The notes: generated by a model from the letters alone, not told the origin. Positions 29,760 through 40,293 are shown, numbered from the stretch's first letter. The stretch is 64,000 nt of DNA from an uncultured delta proteobacterium (GCA_963808625.1 CAWEHK010000019.1:1-64000), one strand, 5' to 3'. Made by a program: numbers and translations.

Positions 29760-31590
29760 GCGGTTCCCTTCTCTTTTTCCAGGTGCGCAAGAATGAGGCC
29801 GGTGGCAACGGCGTTCCGCGGGCCCTCCACACCTCGAATGTTGGCTCTCCCCGTGACCACGGCATATTCGCTGAGCGCATCCGAAACCATCCCGGGTATT
29901 TCGAAATCCAGCGCCGATCCACCCACCAGGACCACAAAATGGATCAACCGGATATTCCCTGCCGGGCGCTACTCTTTTCAGGGCCCGAAGGGCGTTATTC
30001 ACAAAGACCTTCCGTTTGGCCTGCCGGCGAACGGCGACGACCTTGTCCATGGTCGCTTTGGTCTCGAGTGGCTGGGGTCCCGCGTCGGTGAGGATGGCCA
30101 AGCGCCCGAAAAACTTGGGGTCCAGCGCCTTTTCGAAAAACTGGACGGAACCGTCCTCATGTCTCAGGTGAAAGAGACTCTCAACCTTTCCCAAAGGATA
30201 GCGTTTGATGTTTTCCGCAAGCTCTTTGTCTTCCAGTCCCAATTCCGCATCGATAAGCAGGGTGACCATCTCGCCGGCGCCGGCGAGATGGATGCTTTGA
30301 ATGATTCCATCCTCTGAGATCAACGCCGCATCCGTGGAACCTCCGCCGAGGTCCAGAATAGCAAGAGGCGGTCTCGTGCCTGGGGTGGTCAAGGCGCCCC
30401 GGATAGCCATTTCGGCTTCAACCCCGCCAACCGCGCAGCGGACTTGGATCTCATCCTCGACCTTGCGGGCCAGGCGCTGCATGGGGAGTTTGTGGGTTTC
30501 CACCATGGCGGCAAGTCCCACGGCATTTCCGAGAGCGTATTCGCCGGCCAGAGCGCCCAATACCCTCTGAGGTTTAAAAGTATCCACCGCAAGGATGTCG
30601 CGCACGGTGATCTGCTGGACCGGCTGATCCGTCAGTTCAGCCATGACCTTTCGCACCTGCTCGAACATGCCGCCAACATTGGTGCCCGGTTCGGCCTGGA
30701 TTTCCGCCAGCGGCGAGATTTCCTCCACGCGATGCATGATGGCCTCGGCCCCCTCTTCGACCTGCACCTCGGTCTTCTGGTTCTTACCGAGGAGGACGAG
30801 CCTTCCCGCGGGAATCCTTCGTTCCTGAATATCGCCCTTGGGGGTCTTGATGACGACGGCGCTGCGGATGCCCATGAGCGCTCGGGCAATGGGGACAATG
30901 CGGCGGGTTTCTTCGGGATCCAGATGGAAAATGGTGGCTATGTCATAGGGATTGGAGAGCTTTTCGATGGCTTCTCCCCGGAGGCGCCACCTCCACTGCC
31001 GCAGGCATTCCCAAAGGGATGCGATCAATGTATTCGACTTCGTCGACAATGGGGATGGGACGGAGCAAGCGATTATGAATGAGGACGCCGTCGTCATTCC
31101 GGATAATTGCGCCAACGATCTCTTTGCCTCCGGCCACGAATTCATTGATGCGCGCGGCCGCTTCTCGAAAATCCACCGTCCCGGGCACAACGAGTATCCA
31201 CTTTTGGCTGGGGGGTGCCGACGCCATACGATCCAGGGCGATGGTCGTTCCCACCCCCAAACCCTGCCCCCCCGGAGTACCGGGGTTGTGCCCGATCATG
31301 GCTGATTCGGTAATGACGGTTTCGGTGATCGTTTCCATGGCCACATCGCCGATGACCGGAGTGGCCTCGTTGAGAAGAATCAGGGAAAGATCTTTGCGCT
31401 GCAGCGGCAGAGGTTTTAGGGCCGTGTCCAGCGCCGCAATTACTCCCAAGGCGTTTTGGATGGTGCCTTTGATGCCCACGGTCCGCACAATGGCACTCGC
31501 AAGAAAGTTGGCCTCTCCCTTTCGGTTTACCTCGGCTATGGCGACCTCAGTGGTATTGTTACCAACATCAACCCCAGCAATGTAGGCCAT
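29756..31590 (-). CDS. pduG: Diol dehydratase reactivase alpha subunit PduG (two frameshifts)
   Basis: IAGVDVGNNTTE, ETITETVITESAMIGHNP, LSNPY.IAT, SAVVIKTP, LDLGGGSTDA, HLAGAG, VLVGGSALDFE, GPRNAVATGL. Confidence 0.92.
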
Positions 31591-31629
31591 AACGATCGGC
31601 TCCATCAGAACTCGCCCCAAGTTCGGCCT

Positions 31630-31692
31630 GTCATACCGGCGGAGGCCGGTATCCAGGTAATTTTCTGGATTCCGGTTTTCACCGGAATGACG
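31630..31692. repeat. Palindromic REP-like element (GTCATxCC family)
   Basis: gtcataccggcggaggccggtatccag...ctggattccggttttcaccggaatgac; similar to 7192-7254. Confidence 0.8.
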
Positions 31693-31738
31693 CGTTGAGA
31701 TTATGGCTGCTTGATTCTATGGTCGTTTAGTTAGTCCT

Positions 31739-31840
31739 GACCACTGATCACCAACCACTAACCACAAGCCACTGATCACCAACCACCCACCAACCACTAA
31801 CCACCAGCCACTAACCACTGACCACCGACCACTAACCACT
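31739..31840. repeat. Heptamer tandem repeat (ACCACTA/ACCACTG)n
   Basis: gaccactgatcaccaaccactaaccacaagccactgatcacc...accactaaccact; related tracts at 16520-16550 and 60598-60635. Confidence 0.85.
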
Positions 31841-32402
31841 ATTCCCGGCGCAGCCGACCGCGCTTTTCATAAACCTCCGCCGCCTCCCGCACCAAGGCGG
31901 CACAGATGTTGGCCTGGTAGCGTGACTCCAGCTCACTCGCAATATCAAGCAGTTCCTTCTTGGTGGATCGATAAGGTCTCAAGGCCTCGTAGATTTCGAG
32001 CACACGCTCATCGGAGATCCGCGTCAGTTCCGCCGCGCGGCGGATGTTGCTGGCCAACTGGGGCCGGCCGCAGGCATCAGCGATTTGGGCCTGATACTCG
32101 AGGGTCTCCGGGCGGATCTTCATGTCTTCGAAATTGATCTTACGGCTCGTAACCTTCTCCAGGGTTATGTCTTCAAGACTCAAACCGGTCGCCGTCTGCA
32201 CCAGGTCCGGTCGTTTCTGTGCCAACGGATAATCCTTTTTGGGATCAAGGCCGTTGCCTGCCGGGGCTCGTGGCTCTTTGGAACTCTCACTCAACGCGAC
32301 CACGACGCGCTTCACCGCTTCCTTGACAAGCTCGGGCGAAATGTTAACCCCTTTGGTCTGGGCCATGCGCTCTATCAGTCTTGATAATTGTTCATCGCTC
32401 AT
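31839..32402 (-). CDS. pduE: B12-dependent diol/glycerol dehydratase small subunit
   Basis: DYPLAQKRPD, DITLE, RPETLEYQAQIA, RRAAELT, YEALRPYRSTK, VREAAEVY. Confidence 0.95.
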   Translation of the reverse strand: MSDEQLSRLIERMAQTKGVNISPELVKEAVKRVVVALSESSKEPRAPAGNGLDPKKDYPLAQKRPDLVQTATGLSLEDITLEKVTSRKINFEDMKIRPETLEYQAQIADACGRPQLASNIRRAAELTRISDERVLEIYEALRPYRSTKKELLDIASELESRYQANICAALVREAAEVYEKRGRLRRE

Positions 32403-32465
32403 CGTCGACTATTCCTCCAGCAAATGGTCTGCCCATTCCTGAGCAAAGTGAAATCAGAGCCCATC

Positions 32466-33110
32466 TTAGAGTTGAACTCCGACTTCCTGGGTTGGCTTGT
32501 CCGGATTGACGTACTGGGTTTCCTTGTTGTGGAGCAAGGCCGCCAGACCCTGGTAACGGGGCCGCGCCATGGGGTCGTTGCGCACCGGCACCGGGCGGGG
32601 GCTTTCCCCTTTGGCATATTTTGCGGCATTGCGCCCCATGGCGCGAAAGGTTTCCAGATCCAGCAGCGGAGACTGTGAGAATAATTCCAAATTCTGGAGG
32701 GGTTTGAGGTCTTTCTGATGAATGACCGAAGTGCCTCGCGAGAGGATGCCGATCCCGATTCCCGAGCCACTGAGCTTGGCGGCCTCGTGAGAGATGAAAG
32801 CGACGTCCGCCGTGCGATAGACCTTGACCATACGCGCCTTAAGCCCTTGTTCTTCGATCCCGGCGACAATCTCCCGCAACACCTGCTGGTGGGGAATGCC
32901 GATAATGGTCTTATTCATCACGGTGCCAAAAGCGGGCGGCACCGCAATAACGACCTCATTCCGGTCGACGCCGGTCCGGGCGACTCCCATTTCTTTGAAC
33001 ACCAGCGGGGTTCCGTCTCCCTTGAACGAGGTGGCAGGCCGTTCCCCTGCCTCCATTTCCCGCAATACTTCAAGGATAATCTCCTTGACCATATCTTCCG
33101 TAATATTCAT
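32466..33110 (-). CDS. pduD: B12-dependent diol/glycerol dehydratase medium subunit
   Basis: EVVIAVPPAF, AGIEEQG, LSGSGIGIGI, VIHQKDL, NLELF, RNDPMARP; N-terminal encapsulation peptide. Confidence 0.95.
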   Translation of the reverse strand: MNITEDMVKEIILEVLREMEAGERPATSFKGDGTPLVFKEMGVARTGVDRNEVVIAVPPAFGTVMNKTIIGIPHQQVLREIVAGIEEQGLKARMVKVYRTADVAFISHEAAKLSGSGIGIGILSRGTSVIHQKDLKPLQNLELFSQSPLLDLETFRAMGRNAAKYAKGESPRPVPVRNDPMARPRYQGLAALLHNKETQYVNPDKPTQEVGVQL

Positions 33111-33135
33111 TGGTCTCTGCCTCCCTGACTCAGAC

Positions 33136-34803
33136 CTAAACGTCCTCGGGGCTGATGGCTTGCGGGATGTCCTTCAAGGTCTCCCACCGCTCACCTTCGA
33201 GACGATATCCGGTGCCGGGTCCCTGGTAATCGTTGAGGTCGTTAACCGCGCTCAAGACATCGAAATTGGCTTCCAGAATGGCTGAGGTATGGAGATAATC
33301 GCCGGAAATCTTTTGCTTGAGGATGCCCAGCACGGCTTCAGCCACATCACGGAATCCGTGCTTGACCAGCGCCCGGACCACATCGACTCCGTTGCCTCCG
33401 CGCTTCATGAAGTCTTCTATGGCGCGCAGATCTTCGGGCACATTGCGATCCGGTACATCCTTGCTGCCATGGGCATAGGTGACGGCTTCAACTTCCTCAT
33501 CGGTTATCGGCGGGAGCCCCACTTCTTTGAAAACAGCCTGCAAGGCTCGAGCGCCCTTGTTCCTGATCATGATGACATCCGCTTCGGTTACCGGGTGCAG
33601 ACCGCCATCAATCTGAAGGTCGCGCTGCAGGACCAGCCAGTCATCATAATCGTCGCAGTCGTGGGTGGACCCGGCAAACATGTTGTCATAATTGGGCACC
33701 GAGCTGTAGCCCGAGACAATCAGGTCCGTTCCCGGGAGAAATTGCATGAGCATCCGCGCCGTATTGCGAATGGGCGAATGGGTGAAGGTCTGGTCGTTGC
33801 CCGATGCCACTTCGAGGTCCATCAGGACGGTGGCGACATTTTCCGCAAGGACCGCGCGAATGCCCGAGGGAACGGCGCCAGGAACACCAATGCAACTGAT
33901 GGAACCATTTTGCACACCCTGGACTCCTGCTCCCTTGGCGATCATCACACACCGAACCTCCAGGTAAAGCATGGACTTACCTTCAGCGTAGCCCATTTGA
34001 ACCTCGGACCCGGTCCCTGAAGTGTAGCGCATCTTGAGGCCTCTCGAGGCGTAGGCTGAAGCCAGATAAGCTTTTGACCAGGGAGTGTCATCGCCATCCA
34101 CAAACACTTGTTCGGTACCGTAGACGGACACGGTTTCTGCATAGGACGTGAGTCCGCGCATGCCCATGCTGAGTTCGAGCGCTTCCTCGACGGCGCACTG
34201 GGTAATGACGCCGGGGCGTCCCGTTTGCGACCCTACCAGAATGGAAAGCGCGTTCATGGGAGCGTAGCGGCCCACCCCGACGGTGGTTTCTTCCTCACTG
34301 AAGCCGCGATACGCGGCTTCCGCGGCATCCGCCGCCAGGAGCGCGGGGTGGTCTTTCAGGTTGGTCACGTGGGCCTGATTGGAAGGGGTGCGTCGCGGTC
34401 GCAGCTTCTGCATGGCCATCATCAGCTCGACCACGTTCATCTTCTTCAGCACATCCAGGATCTTGGCCGGTGTCATGCCGACGGACAAACGCACGATGTC
34501 GGAGCGCGGCACGTTGATGTCCACAAGCATCCGCGCAAACTGAAGGGAATCCATGGCCATGGCCTTCTCGGCCACGGAAGTGTCGATGCAATGGTCGGCA
34601 ATCCATAAGTCGATCAAGTCGAACTTTTCGCGGGGTTTTCCGTCAAGTTCGACCACCTTACCGTTTTGGATCTTGATTCCAGGTGCTGGATCATTGGGGC
34701 TGTCCATGGCAACCAGGCCCACTTCAATCCACTCCTTGATAAAGCCGTCCTTGTTCACCGGACGCTGGGCCAGCACCTCGAAGCGTTTTTGTCTCTTACT
34801 CAT
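33136..34803 (-). CDS. pduC: B12-dependent diol/glycerol dehydratase large subunit
   Basis: KRFEVLAQRPVNKDGF, ADAAEAAYRGFSEEETT, TQCAVEEA, YAETVSVYGTE, DGDDTPWSK, YDNMFAGS, DYLHTSAI. Confidence 0.97.
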   Translation of the reverse strand: MSKRQKRFEVLAQRPVNKDGFIKEWIEVGLVAMDSPNDPAPGIKIQNGKVVELDGKPREKFDLIDLWIADHCIDTSVAEKAMAMDSLQFARMLVDINVPRSDIVRLSVGMTPAKILDVLKKMNVVELMMAMQKLRPRRTPSNQAHVTNLKDHPALLAADAAEAAYRGFSEEETTVGVGRYAPMNALSILVGSQTGRPGVITQCAVEEALELSMGMRGLTSYAETVSVYGTEQVFVDGDDTPWSKAYLASAYASRGLKMRYTSGTGSEVQMGYAEGKSMLYLEVRCVMIAKGAGVQGVQNGSISCIGVPGAVPSGIRAVLAENVATVLMDLEVASGNDQTFTHSPIRNTARMLMQFLPGTDLIVSGYSSVPNYDNMFAGSTHDCDDYDDWLVLQRDLQIDGGLHPVTEADVIMIRNKGARALQAVFKEVGLPPITDEEVEAVTYAHGSKDVPDRNVPEDLRAIEDFMKRGGNGVDVVRALVKHGFRDVAEAVLGILKQKISGDYLHTSAILEANFDVLSAVNDLNDYQGPGTGYRLEGERWETLKDIPQAISPEDV

Positions 34804-34820
34804 CGGCTGTCCCTTCTCGA

Positions 34821-35639
34821 TCAAATGTATGGTTGCGTGACGGGCTTAGCTTCCTGACCCCATGCACCAAGCAGCTTGATTCCTATTTCGCGGCCGGCAA
34901 TCACCGCCTGGCGAACGGCGCCCGAATCACCGGTCACCCAGATCATGACCTCGTTGGTGAGGCTGGTTCCCTTTGCCGGCGAAGCATATCCCACCACCTG
35001 GACATCCGCCGCCTTGACCGCGGTATCAATCATCAAGACGCCGATCACGGCAGGCGCTCCAAGAATCAGGCCGAAGGCTTTTCCTTCAGGGGTTTTGAAC
35101 AGGTAGTTCAAGCAGCGGCTGGCGCGCGCGCTGTACTGGAGCTCGAGATGTCCCTGGTCATTGGCATAGACGTCGCCAAAGTATTTTGGCAGGGCTTCGA
35201 GCGTCACCTCGACTGCGCGCCGGGCGTCCGATACGTCCTCAGCACCGAAGATGATTAAATTTCCGTGGCCGGCCCCGCCCTTGGTATCCCGGGGCATTTC
35301 CACGGCAAGAATCTCCGTGTTGGTCGCCTTCACGGCCTCATCCGCCGCCATGACCTGAGGACCCGCCCCGACCCGGCCGCCGATGACCCCGATGGAACGG
35401 AATTTATCGGGGATTCCCATGATGTCGTGAATGATGGGATCGAGATTGGCGATGACAATCCCCTGCGTCTCTCCCAAACCCACCCCAACAAACTCCGTTA
35501 CCTGAACCAGGTCAGGACGGGAAGGCGCCGGCCCGGGGTTGCCTCCCTCGGATGGTTTCGCGCTCGCTTTCCCGGCGGAAGCGGGACCTACTCTTTTCAT
35601 TACCTCTTGCAGGACTCTGTTGATCAGTTCCTCTTGCAT
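34821..35639 (-). CDS. pduB: BMC-T shell protein PduB
   Basis: TEFVG, GAGPQVMAADEAVKATN, PRDTKGGAGHG, DVSDARRAVE, GHLELQYSARA, GDSGAVRQA. Confidence 0.95.
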   Translation of the reverse strand: MQEELINRVLQEVMKRVGPASAGKASAKPSEGGNPGPAPSRPDLVQVTEFVGVGLGETQGIVIANLDPIIHDIMGIPDKFRSIGVIGGRVGAGPQVMAADEAVKATNTEILAVEMPRDTKGGAGHGNLIIFGAEDVSDARRAVEVTLEALPKYFGDVYANDQGHLELQYSARASRCLNYLFKTPEGKAFGLILGAPAVIGVLMIDTAVKAADVQVVGYASPAKGTSLTNEVMIWVTGDSGAVRQAVIAGREIGIKLLGAWGQEAKPVTQPYI

Positions 35640-35690
35640 CGGATGGTACCTCCCGGCTTTGTGCAGTTATGGATAGGGCCCGAAATCGAG

Positions 35691-35978
35691 CTATTCGTTA
35701 ACCTGGAGTTGCGGCAAGATCTTTTCAACATCCTGGTGTGGCCTGGGGATCACATGGACCGAGATCACTTCGCCCACCTTCTGGGCGGCGGCGGCACCGG
35801 CGTCCGTGGCGGCCTTCACCGCGCCCACATCGCCCCTCACCATCGTGGTGACAAGGCCTGCGCCGATCTTGACATACCCGACCAATTGGACGTTGGCGGC
35901 CTTTACCATGGCATCCGATGCTTCGATCATGGCGACCAGCCCTTTAGTTTCGATCAATCCCAATGCTTCTTTCACCAT
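35691..35978 (-). CDS. pduA: BMC-H shell protein PduA
   Basis: [49 protein letters not shown]. Confidence 0.95.
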   Translation of the reverse strand: MVKEALGLIETKGLVAMIEASDAMVKAANVQLVGYVKIGAGLVTTMVRGDVGAVKAATDAGAAAAQKVGEVISVHVIPRPHQDVEKILPQLQVNE

Positions 35979-36370
35979 TTTCAATCCTCCCAATCCGGCT
36001 GAAATAACATTCTGCGAACCGTGGCAGTCTCCTGCCGCTAATCACGATTCGTCCCGTTAAGCCTGGTCTCAGGCAACAACTTCTTTCTTCCCAAATTTGA
36101 ACAATTTTAAGGATCCGGCAGCCGATCCGGGTGGGCGTAAAGCCCGCCCCCACGAGAGGCTGTCCAATCCGCTCAGTAGCGGCGGGGTTTATCCCCGCCC
36201 GCAAGGAATTGGGGATTCTCTCATCCCCATGCAATGCAATCGCTCAATTTGGGTTCTTATCAGCAGCTCGGGCAGTCTCGCGGAAAGCATTCCAGCAACT
36301 GTGCCCTCCGCATGCAATGAGGTATTACAAGGTACGGCGCTGCCCGTGGCAGTTTGCCGCAACGCCATGC

Positions 36371-37477
36371 CTAAGCCCCGCCCTGGTAGTCTTTGGCCAA
36401 AGCGTCCGCCGTCCAGATTGCCGCCTCAACCATGTCCGCGGTTACGTCAAACCAGGTGGCATGAATGGTTTCGCCCGGGGCCGTGGTGGCTTCGGCCACC
36501 TGGCGGATTTCTTCCCGCGAGGGATTGTGGATGCCCAAATCATCCAAACAAACAGGTAATCCCACGGTCAGGCAAAAATCCAACACCTCATAGATTTCAT
36601 CGGAAGAGCGGCCTTCCATAACCAACTGGGTGAGGGTGCCGAAGGCCACTTTTTGGCCGTGAAGTTTGTGATGCGAACTCTCCAGGACGGTAAACCCATT
36701 ATGCACGGAGTGGGCGCCGGCAAGGCCTCCGCTTTCGAAGCCCAAACCGCTCAACAGAGTGTTGGCCTCCACAATAGCCTCGACGGCCGGCGTCACACAC
36801 TGCTTTTCCACTGCCAATTTGGCCTGGAGGCCGTATTCCAGCAAGGTATCGTAGCAAAGGCGGGCTAACGTTGTCGCGGAACGGGTGGGAGGAAATCCTC
36901 CGGTGAGCACGTTGGGCTTGCAGCTCTTGGCACAGGTGTCCGCCTCCCAGAAGGTGGCGAGAGCATCCCCCATACCGGAAACCAAGGTTTCCACAGGAGC
37001 GTTGGCGATGATGCGGGTGTCGACGAGCACGCAGTCCGGGTTGTGAGGCAAAACCAGGTAGCGTGCAAACACGCCGGCATCGGTGTAAACCACCGACAGA
37101 GCGGAGCAGGGAGCGTCCGTTGCGGCGATGGTCGGGACCACAATCACCGGGATTTTCATGAGGTGGGCTACCGCCTTGCCGGTGTCGATGACCTTGCCGC
37201 CCCCGGCGGCAATGATGAAATCAGCGCCCTCCTTGCGGGCGATGTCCACCAGGCGATTGATTTCATTGTCCGAGCATTCCCCGTTGAAATGTTCCTGGAA
37301 ACAGCCGAGGTCTTTCTCCTTGAGGCTGGCTTGAATCGACTCGGCACAGGCGGCCAGGGCTCGCTTGCCTCCGGTCAGCAAGGCCTTGGTGCCAAGCCTC
37401 GCTGCGTGCAAGCCGATTTCGTTGATGGCTCCCTGTCCTTGAACATAACGACTTGGTGCAATTAGGATCCGACTCAT
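36371..37477 (-). CDS. gldA: Glycerol dehydrogenase GldA
   Basis: PSRYVQG, FNGECS, GGGKVIDTGKA, PTIAATDAPCSALSVVY, SGMGDALAT.WEA, EANTLLSGLGFESGGLAGAHSVHNG, HGQKVAFG. Confidence 0.95.
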   Translation of the reverse strand: MSRILIAPSRYVQGQGAINEIGLHAARLGTKALLTGGKRALAACAESIQASLKEKDLGCFQEHFNGECSDNEINRLVDIARKEGADFIIAAGGGKVIDTGKAVAHLMKIPVIVVPTIAATDAPCSALSVVYTDAGVFARYLVLPHNPDCVLVDTRIIANAPVETLVSGMGDALATFWEADTCAKSCKPNVLTGGFPPTRSATTLARLCYDTLLEYGLQAKLAVEKQCVTPAVEAIVEANTLLSGLGFESGGLAGAHSVHNGFTVLESSHHKLHGQKVAFGTLTQLVMEGRSSDEIYEVLDFCLTVGLPVCLDDLGIHNPSREEIRQVAEATTAPGETIHATWFDVTADMVEAAIWTADALAKDYQGGA

Positions 37478-37819
37478 AACATTCCCCCTATTGTGACTGA
37501 TCTATTGGAGTCTGGAAAATGCATGATGACGCAAGAGGTCAGCATGCTTACTAAACGCCGGCAACGAGACGCTTCGTGCAGATGATTGCCCCTGTTTGGA
37601 GCTGACTCTGAATCTGAAAGATCGATGATGTGTCGCAGGGAGTGAGCGCAGGGCAGTGACAGGAAGTGTGTCTCAACGTTGGAGATGTCAGCAGTGCTGA
37701 GCGTGAGAAGAGAAAAACACGGCAAGGAGAAAACTCCCTCCGCGAGTCTACTGAAAACGTAAAGAATTGCAAATGAAAATCCCTCGTAAGAGTGAAATTA
37801 CCTACTCTCTGGATCTCCC

Positions 37820-38638
37820 CTAAACGCGGTAATGGAGCTCGCTTTTAAGAGGCAGGCCCACCGCCAGCTTTGCCGCAGCATCCTCGATGCGCTTGCGTTC
37901 GGTGGGACTGCGGACAATGCCGCGGAGCACGATATGCTCGCCATCATAGGCGACATCGAGGGTGGTAGCCTGGAGGGACGGATTCACGCAAAGGCCTGCC
38001 TTGATCTTAGCGGCCGCAGCACGCATCTGAACCAGTTTTCTGGTTTCCTCGCTACCGAAACGATCTTTTTCCATGAGAATCGCCTTGACCCGATCGGTTG
38101 CCTCTTCGATGGTCTGGATTCCCATATCGAGAATGAGGTCATATTCTTCAAAGTTCTCCCAATGCTTGCTGTACAGGGAACGAATGAAGCACGACCGCTC
38201 CCCGTCCTTCTTTTCGAGCAGCCATTGGGCGGTTTTTCGGTCCACCGCATCCCTTTGCATCACGTTTTCGATCCGCAATTCCAGGGGTCCAACCACATGA
38301 ATCGTGAGCACGTGGGGAATGCCTTTCAAGAGGAAGTTCGCTCCCATGCCGATGATCACCACCCGGTCATCCGCCGCATAATTCAGGACCGCACTCTGCA
38401 GCAGGGCGCCAAAACCTCTGAAGGACCAGTCATACTTTTCCCAGATCGTGGGGCAATGTTCATCCAAGCCCTTGCCCCATTCTTCCCATTTTTCGCCGGC
38501 CGCGCGGATATCATTCAGAATTCGTTCGCGATCAAAGTAAGCATAGCCCAAATCGTCGGCGACTCTTCGGCCGATCTCCCGGCCGCCGCTTCCAAACTGT
38601 CTCGATACGGTCAAAATGGCCATGTTTCCCTCATGCAC
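37820..38638 (-). CDS. Cytidylate-kinase-like family protein with C-terminal BON-like domain
   Basis: ILTVSRQFGSGGREIG P-loop variant; YDLILD; C-terminal LDVAYDGEHIVLRGIV...IEDAA. Confidence 0.8.
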   Translation of the reverse strand: MHEGNMAILTVSRQFGSGGREIGRRVADDLGYAYFDRERILNDIRAAGEKWEEWGKGLDEHCPTIWEKYDWSFRGFGALLQSAVLNYAADDRVVIIGMGANFLLKGIPHVLTIHVVGPLELRIENVMQRDAVDRKTAQWLLEKKDGERSCFIRSLYSKHWENFEEYDLILDMGIQTIEEATDRVKAILMEKDRFGSEETRKLVQMRAAAAKIKAGLCVNPSLQATTLDVAYDGEHIVLRGIVRSPTERKRIEDAAAKLAVGLPLKSELHYRV

Positions 38639-39392
38639 TCTTATCCGGTTCAGGATCAGGAGGAAGCCCCACTTCGCTCGCCGGGCGTTTTGCCCTCTCG
38701 GAACTGATCATCCACTTCATCCAGAGTTTGCCAACAATGATCACGCCGACGGCTAGGACGGCTTCCACCGTGTATTGCACTATCTTTGAAGGAGCCAGGA
38801 AATCGACCACCACCGGATCCGTCATGATCATCTCGCCGCCGACTCTTCCCAAGACCGCGGCCCCCACGTAAATGATGATCGGGTATCGATCCATGAGCAG
38901 CGAAAGGAGGTTGCTCGTGAAAACCACCAGGGGAATGCTCAAGCCCAGCCCGAAGAGCAGCAGGAACAGGTTGCCGTGAGAAGCACCGGCCACCGCCAGC
39001 ATATTGTCAATGGACATGGTGATATCTGCAATCACAATGATTTTGATGGCCTGGGCGATGGTCGTGGCTTCCCGTTCGATCCCTTCCTCCGGCACGCCCT
39101 CAATGAAAAGCTTTACGGCTATCCAGAGAATCACTAAACCGCCAACCAGCTTGATGAAGTTGATCAGCAACAACTGCGAGACGAAAAACGTAGCAAAGAC
39201 TCTGAGTAAGACCGCCGCCGCCGCTCCGAAAATAATCCCTTTGGTTCGCTGCTCGGAGGGCAGCGACCTCACCGCCATGGCGATAATCACAGCATTGTCT
39301 CCGGCCAGAATCAGATCGATAATGACGATGCTAAGAAGGCTGGAAAAAAACTCCCAGTTCAGATGAATCGTCCCAAACCACCCCAGGTCCAA
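38631..39392 (-). CDS. TerC-family (YjbE-type) membrane protein
   Basis: IDLILAGDNAVIIAMAVRSLP, IADITMSIDNMLAVAGAS, FGLGLSIPL; TTG start after a GGAG RBS. Confidence 0.92.
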   Translation of the reverse strand: MDLGWFGTIHLNWEFFSSLLSIVIIDLILAGDNAVIIAMAVRSLPSEQRTKGIIFGAAAAVLLRVFATFFVSQLLLINFIKLVGGLVILWIAVKLFIEGVPEEGIEREATTIAQAIKIIVIADITMSIDNMLAVAGASHGNLFLLLFGLGLSIPLVVFTSNLLSLLMDRYPIIIYVGAAVLGRVGGEMIMTDPVVVDFLAPSKIVQYTVEAVLAVGVIIVGKLWMKWMISSERAKRPASEVGLPPDPEPDKSA

Positions 39393-39439
39393 AGCTCCAA
39401 CTCCTTATTCTGCGGTAGCGATTGTCAATTCCTAAAAGA

Positions 39440-39655
39440 GCACGAGTGATCGCGCGGCGGATAATCAAAACTGTTTTTGATGAGTTCCGACCCCTCAGCG
39501 GGCTCTTCGAGGTCCGTGCAGTAGATGGCGGTCACTCTGAGATTGCGCTCGTCGAAAGTGCAGCGAAGATCATAGACAACCCCATGGCCCGCGTCAAATT
39601 TCCTCTTTTGGCCAGGCAGGCCGCCGCGGTGGCAATGGTTGCCGACACACCGCAC
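39440..39655 (-). pseudogene. Degenerate chimeric remnant of a yeiH-like gene and of the 40294-40584 small gene
   Basis: CGVSATIATAAACLAKRGNLTRAMGLSMIF matches YeiH [53 protein letters not shown] matches [23 protein letters not shown]. Confidence 0.8.
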
Positions 39656-39679
39656 TGGCATTTCCGCAGGGCTAACCTG

Positions 39680-40257
39680 TCAAGCGAAAACCTGTTCGGC
39701 GAGGTCCCGCCGCAGCCGCTGGGATTCCTTCTCAATGGCGGCGATGATGTCGGCGGCGCCCTCGGCGGCGGCCAACTTCGGTTTGATCGCCGCGTAGAAC
39801 GCTTCTTCCACCCTGTACAGTCGGTTCAGGGTCAGCAGGTAGTTGGTGCGGGTGTGATAGGCGTTGCGCACAAGGGTCTCATAGTTGTCACCCTCGACCG
39901 CCAGCAAGTCCCGGTAATGGTCGACCAGGACGTTCATCCAGGCGGCATAGGGCTTTTCGAGTTCATCCGCGAGTCCGTATTGATGGACCGTCTGGTTCAC
40001 CTCTGTCCGGTGGTCCGATTCAAGGACCGCGATCGCGAACTCCAACGCTCGCCGCCGGGTGACCATGAAGTCTTCGTCGAATTTCATCCGGCCGGTCTTG
40101 TACTTCTGCATCGGTGGATGAAGTGGAGGAACAGCAACGGCACCAGCACCATCCAGAAACTCACCCGGGGCTTCTCGAACACGGCCGCACCAACGGCATT
40201 GGCAAACGCCAGCTCCCGCGCCAGGATGAGTTCCTTCTTTTTGTCCAAGTCCTTCAT
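39680..40257 (-). CDS. Hypothetical protein with one hydrophobic segment (frameshift near 40113)
   Basis: MKDLDKKKELILARELAFANAVGAAVFEKPRVSFWMVLVPLLFLHFI from ATG 40257 joins ORF 39680-40111. Confidence 0.7.
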
Positions 40258-40293
40258 GGTCGACCTAGGGTGGATCGCGGAATGGGGCGGCGG

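Noticed and set aside
29286..31190. 634-aa ORF as a real PduG-PduH fusion
   Set aside because: It results from a frameshift near 29960. The true PduG end is in ORF 29756-29947, and pduH has its own ATG at 29759.
31739..31840. Heptamer tract as a CRISPR array or coding repeat
   Set aside because: It is a degenerate 7-mer tandem repeat without spacers.
35980..37820. Cobalamin riboswitch or sigma54 promoter upstream of pduA/gldA
   Set aside because: No B12-box was recognised, only weak GG-N10-GC matches were seen, and the hairpins present are REP-type.
39392..39440. yybP-ykoY riboswitch upstream of terC
   Set aside because: The space is too short and is occupied by the yeiH relic.
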